A DNA stretch of 61,011 nucleotides from a virus (lineage: Duplodnaviria; Caudoviricetes), in IMG/VR virus record IMGVR_UViG_3300025000_000107, positions 1 through 61,011 of that record; one strand, given 5' to 3'. The position numbers were made by a program, and so were the translations under genes. This document shows, piece by piece, positions 10,045 to 18,771 of the stretch; position 1 is the stretch's first letter; the number at the start of each line of letters is the position of its first letter. The notes below the pieces were generated by a model. That model had not been told where the DNA came from. It ran no database searches and was given only the letters and a program-made list of their open reading frames with translations.

Positions 10045-11352
10045 ATGGCCAGTGCTTATTATACTAACGTAGGTAAAGAGGTTGTAGATGGTGATGTAGC
10101 CTATGCCAATGATTTGAATAGTGTTAATACTGATGTTGATGTAGCCTTTCAGTTAGTAGAGAATGAGATAGATACTGTAGCAGCTAACATGGTTATCTAT
10201 CTCGATAAGGCAGAGAAGTGGGCTGAAGAGACTGAAGATGTGGAGATAGAACCTGGTCTTTACTCAGCACATCACTGGGCTAATAAGGCTGAGGATCAGG
10301 CTATCCTTGCAGATGCTGATGCTACTCAGACAGCTCTAGATGTTATAGCTACAGCAGCGGATGTTGTCCAGACAGGTCTTGATGCTGTAGCCACAGCAGC
10401 TGATAGGGTCCAGACAGGACTAGATGTTGTAGCTGCTGCTGCTAGTGCTGACATTGCTGCTGAACTAGCTGTTACTAACTTCATGATGAATAACTATATC
10501 ATCAATGGAGATATGAGGATAGCCCAGAGAGGTACGTCAGGGTTGATAGTAGGTGGGTCTGATACTTACACACTCGACAGGTGGTGTGGGATAGCCACTG
10601 GTGCTAATATCACTGTAGTTCAATCAACAGCAGTATTAGCTGAAGGTTATACTAATACTTTAGTAGGAGCTGGAGCTACAGGGAATACTTTATTCGATGT
10701 GTTCCAAAGGATTGAGGGGAGTAATGTAGCAGCCCTTAGAGGTAATACTGTAACCCTAGATTTTTATACACTTACTACAGACGGTACATCTATAACCATA
10801 GAGGTCAGCTATGCTGATGCTGTAGATACTTGGACAACAAAGACTCTCATAGATTCAACTACAATAACACCTGCTGGTGGTAGTTATGTAAAAGGGTCTT
10901 TCTCTTTTGTTATGCCGTCTCTGTATACACACCAAGGTATTGAGATCCGATTTAAGTTTGGTGCAACTGTATTAACAAAGCAAGTAGGACTTACTAAGGT
11001 TAGACTAAGTGAAGGTGCTGAGAGTAGTGCAATGCAGGAGAGGCCTATAGGATTAGAACTACTATTGTGTCAAAGATACTACGAGACAGGTGTAGTAAAT
11101 GGGATAGCTTCAGCTTACTCTTCAGTGTATGTAAGACTTAACTCTGTTATGTTTAAGGTGACGAAGAGATCAACAACAGTTATGAGTATATCTGGGGTAG
11201 TATTTACTGGATACGCTGGTACACCAGGAACGTTATACTCCACTAACTCAAGTGCTGTCGGATTTGCACCTACTTATAACTGGACTAGTGGTACTGTAGG
11301 ATTGGCATTTACTTTCAGTACATTAACATATACTTCTGAATCGGAACTATAA
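10045..11352 (+). CDS. tail fibre protein 1
   Basis: Ala-rich coiled repeats then NYIINGDMRIAQRGTS...YTLDRW...ELLLCQRYYE fibre module. Confidence 0.8.
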   Translation: MASAYYTNVGKEVVDGDVAYANDLNSVNTDVDVAFQLVENEIDTVAANMVIYLDKAEKWAEETEDVEIEPGLYSAHHWANKAEDQAILADADATQTALDVIATAADVVQTGLDAVATAADRVQTGLDVVAAAASADIAAELAVTNFMMNNYIINGDMRIAQRGTSGLIVGGSDTYTLDRWCGIATGANITVVQSTAVLAEGYTNTLVGAGATGNTLFDVFQRIEGSNVAALRGNTVTLDFYTLTTDGTSITIEVSYADAVDTWTTKTLIDSTTITPAGGSYVKGSFSFVMPSLYTHQGIEIRFKFGATVLTKQVGLTKVRLSEGAESSAMQERPIGLELLLCQRYYETGVVNGIASAYSSVYVRLNSVMFKVTKRSTTVMSISGVVFTGYAGTPGTLYSTNSSAVGFAPTYNWTSGTVGLAFTFSTLTYTSESEL

Positions 11353-11371
11353 ATATAAGTGGGGTGAATAA

Positions 11372-11917
11372 GTGTACAAGTTCTCGAATAAAGAACAATC
11401 TAGGGTAAACAATCTAAGTATTGGTATATTCGACATAGACCCTACATCATATCAATGGGCAGCTTATCAGAAGTGGGTAGATGTTGGTGGAATAACAGAA
11501 CCATTCAACACCCCTCAAGAGGTAATTTCTGAAGTTAGGTCTAACATTATCCAAGAGGGTAGATCTAGAAGATATGGTGGATTGCTTATCCAAGATAAGT
11601 GGGTATCTTCAGATCAAGACGCTAGGTTAGAGTATTTAGCCCTTAGAGATATTGTAAGAGATATGATAAGTTCTGGTAGTACTCTAACTGCTCCAGTAAT
11701 TGTAGATGGTGAACAAGCCACTGTAGATACTCTAGACAATATCTCTGTACCACTAACATGTCAAAGAGTTATTCTTCTTATAGAATCTATTAGGCTATTG
11801 GATATGAGGTTAAAGAGAGTGACTAAGTATCACTTAAATCAAGTTACACTTAGTGCAGATCCAGTTAACTATGATTATCTGACTGGATGGCCATTAAGAT
11901 ATGAAGACACAATCTAG
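11372..11917 (+). CDS. tail fibre assembly chaperone (DUF4376-like)
   Basis: Follows fibre; YQKWVDVGG and C-terminal YDYLTGWP. Confidence 0.6.
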   Translation: MYKFSNKEQSRVNNLSIGIFDIDPTSYQWAAYQKWVDVGGITEPFNTPQEVISEVRSNIIQEGRSRRYGGLLIQDKWVSSDQDARLEYLALRDIVRDMISSGSTLTAPVIVDGEQATVDTLDNISVPLTCQRVILLIESIRLLDMRLKRVTKYHLNQVTLSADPVNYDYLTGWPLRYEDTI

Positions 11918-11925
11918 GAGAAGAG

Positions 11926-13101
11926 ATGAGTGACTACTATAGTCCAAGTGACAAGTATGTTGAGAATGGGGATATTGCATTCGCTGCAGACTTGAACAAT
12001 ATTAATGATGCTGTAAGTGCAGGGTTCGATCAAGTACAAGTAGCTATAGAAGGTATAGCAGCTGGTCAATCTTACTATGCAGATATAGCTGAGAAGTGGG
12101 CAACTGAGGTAGAAGATACAGAGGTAGACCCTGGTAGATATTCAGCGTTCCATTGGGCACAGAAAGCAGAGGATGATGCTGCAGATGCTTTAGTAAGTAA
12201 AGATGCTGCAGCTGCTTCTGCATTATCAGCTTCAGGTTCAGCATCTAGTGCAACCTCTTCAGCTAATAGTGCATTATCTAGTAAGAACGCTGCAGGAGTC
12301 TCCGAGACTAACGCTGCTGCTAGTGCTGTAGCTGCAGCCTTCAGTGCTAGTGAGGCAGCTCAGACTCCTGTAGGTGCTATCATCCCTATAGTAAGAGCTT
12401 ACTTTACTAATGGGTCTAATGGTGGTATGACTGCTGTAGGTACTAACAGCGCTGCTGGTCTTAATGCATTGTACAATGCTGGTGGTTGGTACGTATGCAA
12501 TGGAGCTGCTCTTAATCTAGTAGACTCTCCGATCTTCAATGGTGCTGGTAGATATCTACCTAACCTTACAGATGCTAGATTCTTAGAGGGTAGTACAGCT
12601 TATGGTGCTACTGGTGGTTCTAACAGTATGGCTCATACACACAATGTTACTGTAGCTGCTACAACTACTAATAGTATTTCTGATGCAACTACAGGTGATG
12701 TTAGTTACAACGGTACTGGTCCTGTTAGTACTCCTAGTACTGCAAATTCAGCAGCTGTAAATGTAGGAGCTACTACACTAACAACTGATCAGATGCCAGC
12801 ACATACTCATACTTTTAATAACTACTACACTAATGGGAACAACAGTTTAGGTACTGAGGATGCTGGAAGTCCTAACTTAGTAACTACTACTACTGGAAGT
12901 ACTGGGGGTGGTTTATCTCACACACATACCCAAACTCAACACACACATACTATGGCACATACACACACTATAGCCCATACTCACGAGCATTCACACACTC
13001 ATGGAGTTCCTGGACAGACTGTAGCAGCTACAGGTCCTGCTACTAGCTCGTCTAACATACCTCTGTTCATGTCCTGTATATACATCATGAAGGTGCTTTA
13101 A
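11926..13101 (+). CDS. tail fibre protein 2 with collar domain and HxH-repeat tip
   Basis: N-terminus paralogous to fibre 1; collar-like PVGAII...GWYVCNG...LPNL; multiple HTH/HSH motifs; ends YIMKV. Confidence 0.85.
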   Translation: MSDYYSPSDKYVENGDIAFAADLNNINDAVSAGFDQVQVAIEGIAAGQSYYADIAEKWATEVEDTEVDPGRYSAFHWAQKAEDDAADALVSKDAAAASALSASGSASSATSSANSALSSKNAAGVSETNAAASAVAAAFSASEAAQTPVGAIIPIVRAYFTNGSNGGMTAVGTNSAAGLNALYNAGGWYVCNGAALNLVDSPIFNGAGRYLPNLTDARFLEGSTAYGATGGSNSMAHTHNVTVAATTTNSISDATTGDVSYNGTGPVSTPSTANSAAVNVGATTLTTDQMPAHTHTFNNYYTNGNNSLGTEDAGSPNLVTTTTGSTGGGLSHTHTQTQHTHTMAHTHTIAHTHEHSHTHGVPGQTVAATGPATSSSNIPLFMSCIYIMKVL

Positions 13102-13331
13102 TGAAAGAGATGTACAATGTGAAGTATAAGGTGATTGGACAGTGGTTCTGGAAGACTCTCAAGGATGTAAAGATGGATGGTATTGAAGAGAGGTTCAGAT
13201 GGTTTCATCTAGATGATGACTCACTGGTCCATCTTCCTATAGACACTGTAGTAGTCTTTCCACCCCATAGACAGAAGGTGATAGAGTTTCAAATGAGTAA
13301 AGTAATTGGACAACCTATATCGAGGGTATAA
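13101..13331 (+). CDS. hypothetical protein
   Basis: TAATG overlaps on both sides. Confidence 0.6.
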   Translation: MKEMYNVKYKVIGQWFWKTLKDVKMDGIEERFRWFHLDDDSLVHLPIDTVVVFPPHRQKVIEFQMSKVIGQPISRV

Positions 13332-13945
13332 TGAGACTTACAATAGTTAGAGATGATAATATGGTTGGTATCAATGGGAGATTCTATAATATAAATCTCT
13401 CAGATATGTCAGACACAATCAGGGCTGTACAGTGGATTGATGATAGGGGGTTTATAGAAAGGTCTGATTATTCTAATGATGAAATAGACAATATTAAACA
13501 GTTCCAGAATATTGTCGATGAGTGGAATGTCCTAGAGCTAAAGAGAAAGAATAAGGAGAAGAACCCTTACATAGATCTTAAACTTCCTGATGCTAAAGCT
13601 GCTAAGATTCAAGAGCTTAGTGCAAGATTTGAGGAGGAGAAGAGCAAGCCTGTTAACTTTAAGGGCAATAAGTTCTCTCCCTCTGATGGGATAGAGAAGA
13701 CTCTTAAGAGGTTTGACAAGCTTAGTAAGGATACTGTAGTTCCGAACGCTAGGAAGGGTTGGGATACTAGTGATAACAGTGAGGCTGTGCCATTGACACT
13801 CCAAGAGTTGAGAGATCTTAGTGATGCTCTTTATGATAAAGAGGCTGAGGTATACGAAGTAAAGAAGATGCATATAGATAATATCAATAAGCTTACAGCT
13901 ACAATAGATGTAGCGTCTTACAACATTAATACGGGGTGGAAATAA
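13331..13945 (+). CDS. tail fibre assembly chaperone (DUF4376-like)
   Basis: DAKAAKIQELSA...WDTSDNSEAVPLTLQELRDL...YNINTGW pattern. Confidence 0.6.
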   Translation: MRLTIVRDDNMVGINGRFYNINLSDMSDTIRAVQWIDDRGFIERSDYSNDEIDNIKQFQNIVDEWNVLELKRKNKEKNPYIDLKLPDAKAAKIQELSARFEEEKSKPVNFKGNKFSPSDGIEKTLKRFDKLSKDTVVPNARKGWDTSDNSEAVPLTLQELRDLSDALYDKEAEVYEVKKMHIDNINKLTATIDVASYNINTGWK

Positions 13946-14979
13946 TGGCAGTACTAACTGGTGCAACTTCTCTCCTTACAAATACTGCTACTAAGGATCC
14001 TGTAACTAAGCCAACTACAGGTATAGCAACCACAACTAAACCTGCAGCTACTACAACCACAGCTACTACTCCTGCTACAGGAACCACTACGGGTACTACC
14101 ACACCTGCTACTACAGTCCCTACAGGTACTGCTGTTGCAGGAAAGATAGGCTCAGCTTATGATGCAGTAGCTAAGGAAGCTTTAGCTACTAAGGTAGATC
14201 CAGCCTCTTATGACTCTGCAGCAGTTGCTGACTCCATTAATAAAGATGCAGCAGTAAAGGCTGGTACATCATACTACGACCAAGCCAAGGGAACTGTAGC
14301 TGGACAGTTGCAGAACCTTCTCAACTCTGATAGCCCTTATATGAAACAGGCTGAACAGAAAGCTAAAGAAGCTGCAGGTGCTAGGGGGATGCTTAATAGC
14401 TCTATAGCTGTTCAGGCAGGACAAGCAGCAGCATATGAGGCAGCTCTTCCTATAGCCACCTCAGATGCTGGAGCATTCAATCAGTTCCAGGCAGGGCAGC
14501 AGACAGCAGAGAATCAGCAAGCTACTATGAAGGCTGAGGCAATTGTCTCTGGTGGTATGGTAGAACAGAAAGCAAAGATTGATCAGACTGCACAGAACAT
14601 TCAGAATGCTTTCAACTCCAAACTATCAGCAGCTAATGAGCAGAGCAAAGCTTTCCTTCAGGAGTTCTCACAGACTCATGAGAAGTCTATGTCTGAGTTG
14701 ACTAATCAGCAGAATCTGGTAATGCAACAGTTTCAGAATGATCTTACAAAACAACAGACAGCTACTGTAGAAGCTGGTAAAGTTGTACAGAACTATCAGA
14801 TTGCTATAGAGAATATGATGACTGATCCTGACTTCTTGGATCTTGGTAAGGATGCTATAAACGCTGCTATAGAACGTGAGAGGGTCTTAGCTAAGAACGC
14901 TATTAAGTTTATTGGAGCTACTGCTAATATCCCAAACTTCTCTGTATGGGCAGATACCTATATAACTAAGCTTGCTTAA
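13936..14979 (+). CDS. putative internal virion / ejection protein
   Basis: Thr/Ala/Gln-rich; ARGMLNSS motif typical of podovirus ejection proteins. Confidence 0.55.
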   Translation: MEIMAVLTGATSLLTNTATKDPVTKPTTGIATTTKPAATTTTATTPATGTTTGTTTPATTVPTGTAVAGKIGSAYDAVAKEALATKVDPASYDSAAVADSINKDAAVKAGTSYYDQAKGTVAGQLQNLLNSDSPYMKQAEQKAKEAAGARGMLNSSIAVQAGQAAAYEAALPIATSDAGAFNQFQAGQQTAENQQATMKAEAIVSGGMVEQKAKIDQTAQNIQNAFNSKLSAANEQSKAFLQEFSQTHEKSMSELTNQQNLVMQQFQNDLTKQQTATVEAGKVVQNYQIAIENMMTDPDFLDLGKDAINAAIERERVLAKNAIKFIGATANIPNFSVWADTYITKLA

Positions 14980-14981
14980 TT

Positions 14982-15431
14982 ATGAAACCTTGTACAATAT
15001 TAGATCTTGGTAGAGTAGCGGATGTTGCAACTAAACATTTCGGAACAGATGCAACCCTTTGGGCTAGAGAAAAACTATATAGTCCTATAGATAAGTTATT
15101 CTATTTCAATGAAGATTTAGTTCTTCTTATAGAAGCTATAGGTGACTATAAGTTCTCTATCCACACTATAGGAAGAACGAATAAGGTAAAGGAATATAAA
15201 GACTTTACTATCAATGCAGGATCATGGATGTTCGATAACACTAAGTGTACATGTCTCATAGCGTTTGCAGCTGCTAGTAATCTAAGGATGCAGAGGTTTA
15301 TAGGCCTTACAGGTGGTCAGAGGGTAGGAATACTTCCTGATGCTGGAGGTACTGAAGATGAGATTATGTACGTATACCCGATAAGGGATAGAAAAGAATT
15401 GGAGGATAGAGTATGCCAGCAGCAGGTATAG
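14982..15431 (+). CDS. putative GNAT-fold virion-associated protein
   Basis: 149 aa within ejection cassette; SNLRMQRFIGLTGGQRVG resembles GNAT C-terminal motif. Confidence 0.45.
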   Translation: MKPCTILDLGRVADVATKHFGTDATLWAREKLYSPIDKLFYFNEDLVLLIEAIGDYKFSIHTIGRTNKVKEYKDFTINAGSWMFDNTKCTCLIAFAAASNLRMQRFIGLTGGQRVGILPDAGGTEDEIMYVYPIRDRKELEDRVCQQQV

Positions 15432-16258
15432 CGGTTGCATTTGGTACTTGGGTTACGGCAGGAGTTGCAACTGGAATTGCAGCTGGATTGATTGGTGGTG
15501 CTATTATTGGTGCTGCTATTGGTGGTATCACAGCAGCAGTTACTGGTGGTAGTATAGGTAAAGGTATGCTGTTCGGTGCTGTAGGTGGTGCTGTCCTTGG
15601 TGGTATTGGCGGATGGGCTGCAGGTGCTAGTGGTGGAGCTGGAAGTGCTGTAGGTATGACCTCAGCAACTCTAGAGGCTGAAGCTGGTGGAGCACTTATG
15701 GGATCTACTGGTACTGCAGTATCAGCTGGTACTACTGCAACTGGTGGTGGAATCCTCGGAGGTGGAGCCGGACTTCTGTCAGGTCAAGGTACAGGAGCAG
15801 CTCTAGTAACTACAGGCGGTCAGATGCTGATGGGTGCTTTCTCTGCTGACCCAGGTGATCTTACTGAGAAAGACAAGGCACAGATAGAGCAGGCTGATAG
15901 GTTAGCTCAACTTCAGGCAGACACTCAACTAGCTATCGAGAAAATGAGGAGTGGAAGTGGCGGAAGTGGTGGTGGATCAGATCACTATGCTGCTGATATC
16001 CAACTCAAGAATGCTAGAGAGCAGAGGGCGCAGGACTATAAGGTACAGCACGAAGAATGGTCTATGATTGACGAGGCTAGAGCTAGGAGAGCTGGTGCTG
16101 TAACTGGTGTTAAGATGGAAGAAGCGCCTACAGTAGCATCTACTGGACCTACAGCCCCTGGAGTAATGAATCGTGTAGCTGCTGATCCTACACCTGTATC
16201 ACCTACAGCAGCTCTTCCAGGCGGAGGGGTGATGAAAGAGGAGGTGGCAGTTGGCTAA
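15413..16258 (+). CDS. putative ejection protein (Gly/Ala-rich membrane-inserting)
   Basis: GxxxG-rich hydrophobic N-terminal half. Confidence 0.55.
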   Translation: MPAAGIAVAFGTWVTAGVATGIAAGLIGGAIIGAAIGGITAAVTGGSIGKGMLFGAVGGAVLGGIGGWAAGASGGAGSAVGMTSATLEAEAGGALMGSTGTAVSAGTTATGGGILGGGAGLLSGQGTGAALVTTGGQMLMGAFSADPGDLTEKDKAQIEQADRLAQLQADTQLAIEKMRSGSGGSGGGSDHYAADIQLKNAREQRAQDYKVQHEEWSMIDEARARRAGAVTGVKMEEAPTVASTGPTAPGVMNRVAADPTPVSPTAALPGGGVMKEEVAVG

Positions 16259-17090
16259 TGAGGTTAGGACTGGAGCACTTAGAGGTGCTAGGGTAAAGAC
16301 AGGGGTTGAGGGCCAAGATACTAGACTAGCTAACGACAGGTCTAAACACATAAGTAAAGGATCTTTCGTTAACTATTACGATGATCTTGGTATATCTTCT
16401 ACAGCTGCTGGTGCTAAAGATATCAGACAAAAGGAGTCAGACTATAGTACATCTATTAAAGACCAGCAGGGCAAGATAGATACTGCTAATAAGGAAGTAC
16501 AAACCCAATATGCTGCTGGTAAGTCTCAAATAAATAAAGCTTGGGACGCTCTTCCGGGATACAAGGAAGGTGTCAGTACTGCATGGAATGCTAACAAGAA
16601 AAGTCTTACACCTATCAATGTCGTTAGACAAGATGGTAAAGGTGGATATACAACTGAAGGTACTTATTATTTACCTAAGTCTGTAGCTGAGAAGTTGGCA
16701 GAGACTAAAGGTGTAGCTACTAGCTGGGGTCCTAAAGGTGAGTTCTATATAGATGCTAAAACTTCTGAAGGTGGAAGATACATAGGAGAAGAGCTTCATA
16801 CAGAGCTTGGACAGGGGCAGAAAGATTACTACAATACTTGGTATACTCAGTCAGCACCTGTTATAGCTGGTCAGATTAAGAAGGCTGAAGGTCAGATAGG
16901 ATCTGCAGAGTCAGCACTAGAGTCTTCTTATGCAACTGGTAAAGGACAGATAGGTGCAGCTCAGACTACGATAGACTCAGCTATCTATAAGCACGATAGC
17001 GATTGGGAAAAGGTTAGGTCTGATTACCAGGCAAGAAAAGATACTATGGCTAAGATCTTTACTGAAACTAAATTTGAGGAGGCGAAGTAA
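16251..17090 (+). CDS. hypothetical virion protein
   Basis: Coupled ORF in ejection cassette, GGAGG RBS. Confidence 0.55.
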   Translation: MANEVRTGALRGARVKTGVEGQDTRLANDRSKHISKGSFVNYYDDLGISSTAAGAKDIRQKESDYSTSIKDQQGKIDTANKEVQTQYAAGKSQINKAWDALPGYKEGVSTAWNANKKSLTPINVVRQDGKGGYTTEGTYYLPKSVAEKLAETKGVATSWGPKGEFYIDAKTSEGGRYIGEELHTELGQGQKDYYNTWYTQSAPVIAGQIKKAEGQIGSAESALESSYATGKGQIGAAQTTIDSAIYKHDSDWEKVRSDYQARKDTMAKIFTETKFEEAK

Positions 17091-17737
17091 TGGAGAAGGA
17101 GTACAATGCACAAGAAGCCCTACAGCCTGGAGGTGGTGTTATGCAGGAACCTGCAGAGCAGCAACCCACTGAGGGTAGCGCTCCTTTAGAACCAGCTTCA
17201 GCACCTCAAGGTGAGAAAGCTCAGGAGATGTTGAGTGAAGCTGACCAAGCTTATATCGGTGGTCTGATGAAGATGCTTCACAGTAAAGAGACTGCGCCAT
17301 TGGTTGAAGAGATGCTTCAGGCTGGAGAGCCTGGAGATACTATCCCTAGGATTGCTAATCAGATTAATGATCAGATGGAGCAGGCTGTTAAGAAGAAGCC
17401 AGCCCTTGAGACTGCACTTGCTGCTGGAATCTATTTGGTTCAAGACTTGATAGAGATTGGTAGAGCAGCTGGATACTTCGATGTTACTGAGGATCAGATG
17501 CAACCTATCTTCAGGGATACCATGCAGATATACATAGAAGCCGGTTTGAACGATGGTAGCATAGACCCCATAGAACTTCAGGAGAAAGTAGAACCTCTGA
17601 TGGATGAACAACAGAAGGCTACAGGACTACAGGCTGCTGAACTTACTGGTGTACCTAAGCAAGCTACCGAACAGACAGCTATGGCAGCTTATGGTGCTAA
17701 GAGAGAACGCCAAGGTATGATGAGAGGTAAGAAATAA
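17090..17737 (+). CDS. hypothetical virion protein
   Basis: TAATG overlap, acidic helical. Confidence 0.55.
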   Translation: MEKEYNAQEALQPGGGVMQEPAEQQPTEGSAPLEPASAPQGEKAQEMLSEADQAYIGGLMKMLHSKETAPLVEEMLQAGEPGDTIPRIANQINDQMEQAVKKKPALETALAAGIYLVQDLIEIGRAAGYFDVTEDQMQPIFRDTMQIYIEAGLNDGSIDPIELQEKVEPLMDEQQKATGLQAAELTGVPKQATEQTAMAAYGAKRERQGMMRGKK

Positions 17738-18747
17738 TGGCTGGTTTCAACTTCGGTGGTATGATGCAGGGTATGGGTGCCGGCATGGTTCAGACTGGTG
17801 CCTGGATGAAGGAGCAGGAGAAGTTAGACTGGGAGACTCAGCAAGCTACTCTTAAGTATGAAAGAGATATGCACATGGAGAAGCTGAGACTCCAGGCTGC
17901 TAAAGAAGGACAAGAGAGGGGTATTGCTAGTTCTGAGAAGATCTCTGGTAACCAGATAGCATCAACAGAGCGGGTAGCTGGTGAGGGTAGAACTCTAGAG
18001 AGAGAGAAGCTTGATGTAACTAGAGCAGCTAACGAGTCCCAAGCAGCTTACCAAAACAGGATGGCTGGTGCAGCCGAGAGTAACGCAGCTACTAGTGCTA
18101 ACGAGTCTGCAGCTAAGCTTGAGATGCTAAGAGAGGCGAAGGATGCTCCTGAAAAAGAGAGGGCTACTAGACAGGCGTGGATCGATGAGAACTACGAACC
18201 TGGTTCAACTCAACATACATCAGCCTCTGCAGCTAATATGGGAGTAGCAGTTGCAACACCTGAGAAAGTTCCTGCTGATGTACAGACAAAGGTCTTAGAG
18301 ATGTCTGGGACTAACTTAGAGGAGTTGAAGGCTCTGAACAAAGGTAAGGACTATAAGAAGGCTTGGGATAAATACAGGGTTCTCCATAAGGGAGATACTG
18401 AGTTAGACTTTCAAGCAGCTTATGTAGCCAACTATGCAGATAAGCTTTACTCTAGTATGGGGTATGGTGGGTCTGATAAGACTAAGGCCAAAGAGGCAGC
18501 ACCAGCTACTAAGGGTGAGCTGCCAGACACTCAGATAGCTACTTATGCCAAGACCCTTAATACCCTATCAGCAACTGATAGAGCTAAAGCTATCGATGAT
18601 ATGGAGAAGAAGGGTGTAAGTAAGATGAGCATCTATAAGATCACCTCTATGGCAGATCAGTTAGATCCTAGAAAAAAGAGTATGCTAGACACACCAGAGG
18701 GTGTTACACCCATCAGTGGTGGCGGTATGATGAGAAGAACCTATTGA
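17737..18747 (+). CDS. putative internal virion protein
   Basis: N-terminal GGMMQGMGAG then coiled coil. Confidence 0.55.
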   Translation: MAGFNFGGMMQGMGAGMVQTGAWMKEQEKLDWETQQATLKYERDMHMEKLRLQAAKEGQERGIASSEKISGNQIASTERVAGEGRTLEREKLDVTRAANESQAAYQNRMAGAAESNAATSANESAAKLEMLREAKDAPEKERATRQAWIDENYEPGSTQHTSASAANMGVAVATPEKVPADVQTKVLEMSGTNLEELKALNKGKDYKKAWDKYRVLHKGDTELDFQAAYVANYADKLYSSMGYGGSDKTKAKEAAPATKGELPDTQIATYAKTLNTLSATDRAKAIDDMEKKGVSKMSIYKITSMADQLDPRKKSMLDTPEGVTPISGGGMMRRTY

Positions 18748-18771
18748 TAAATAAACAACTAAGGAACTTAA

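Noticed and set aside
10045-13945. Diversity-generating retroelement or shufflon acting on fibres
   Set aside because: No reverse transcriptase, template/variable repeat pair or invertase was seen.
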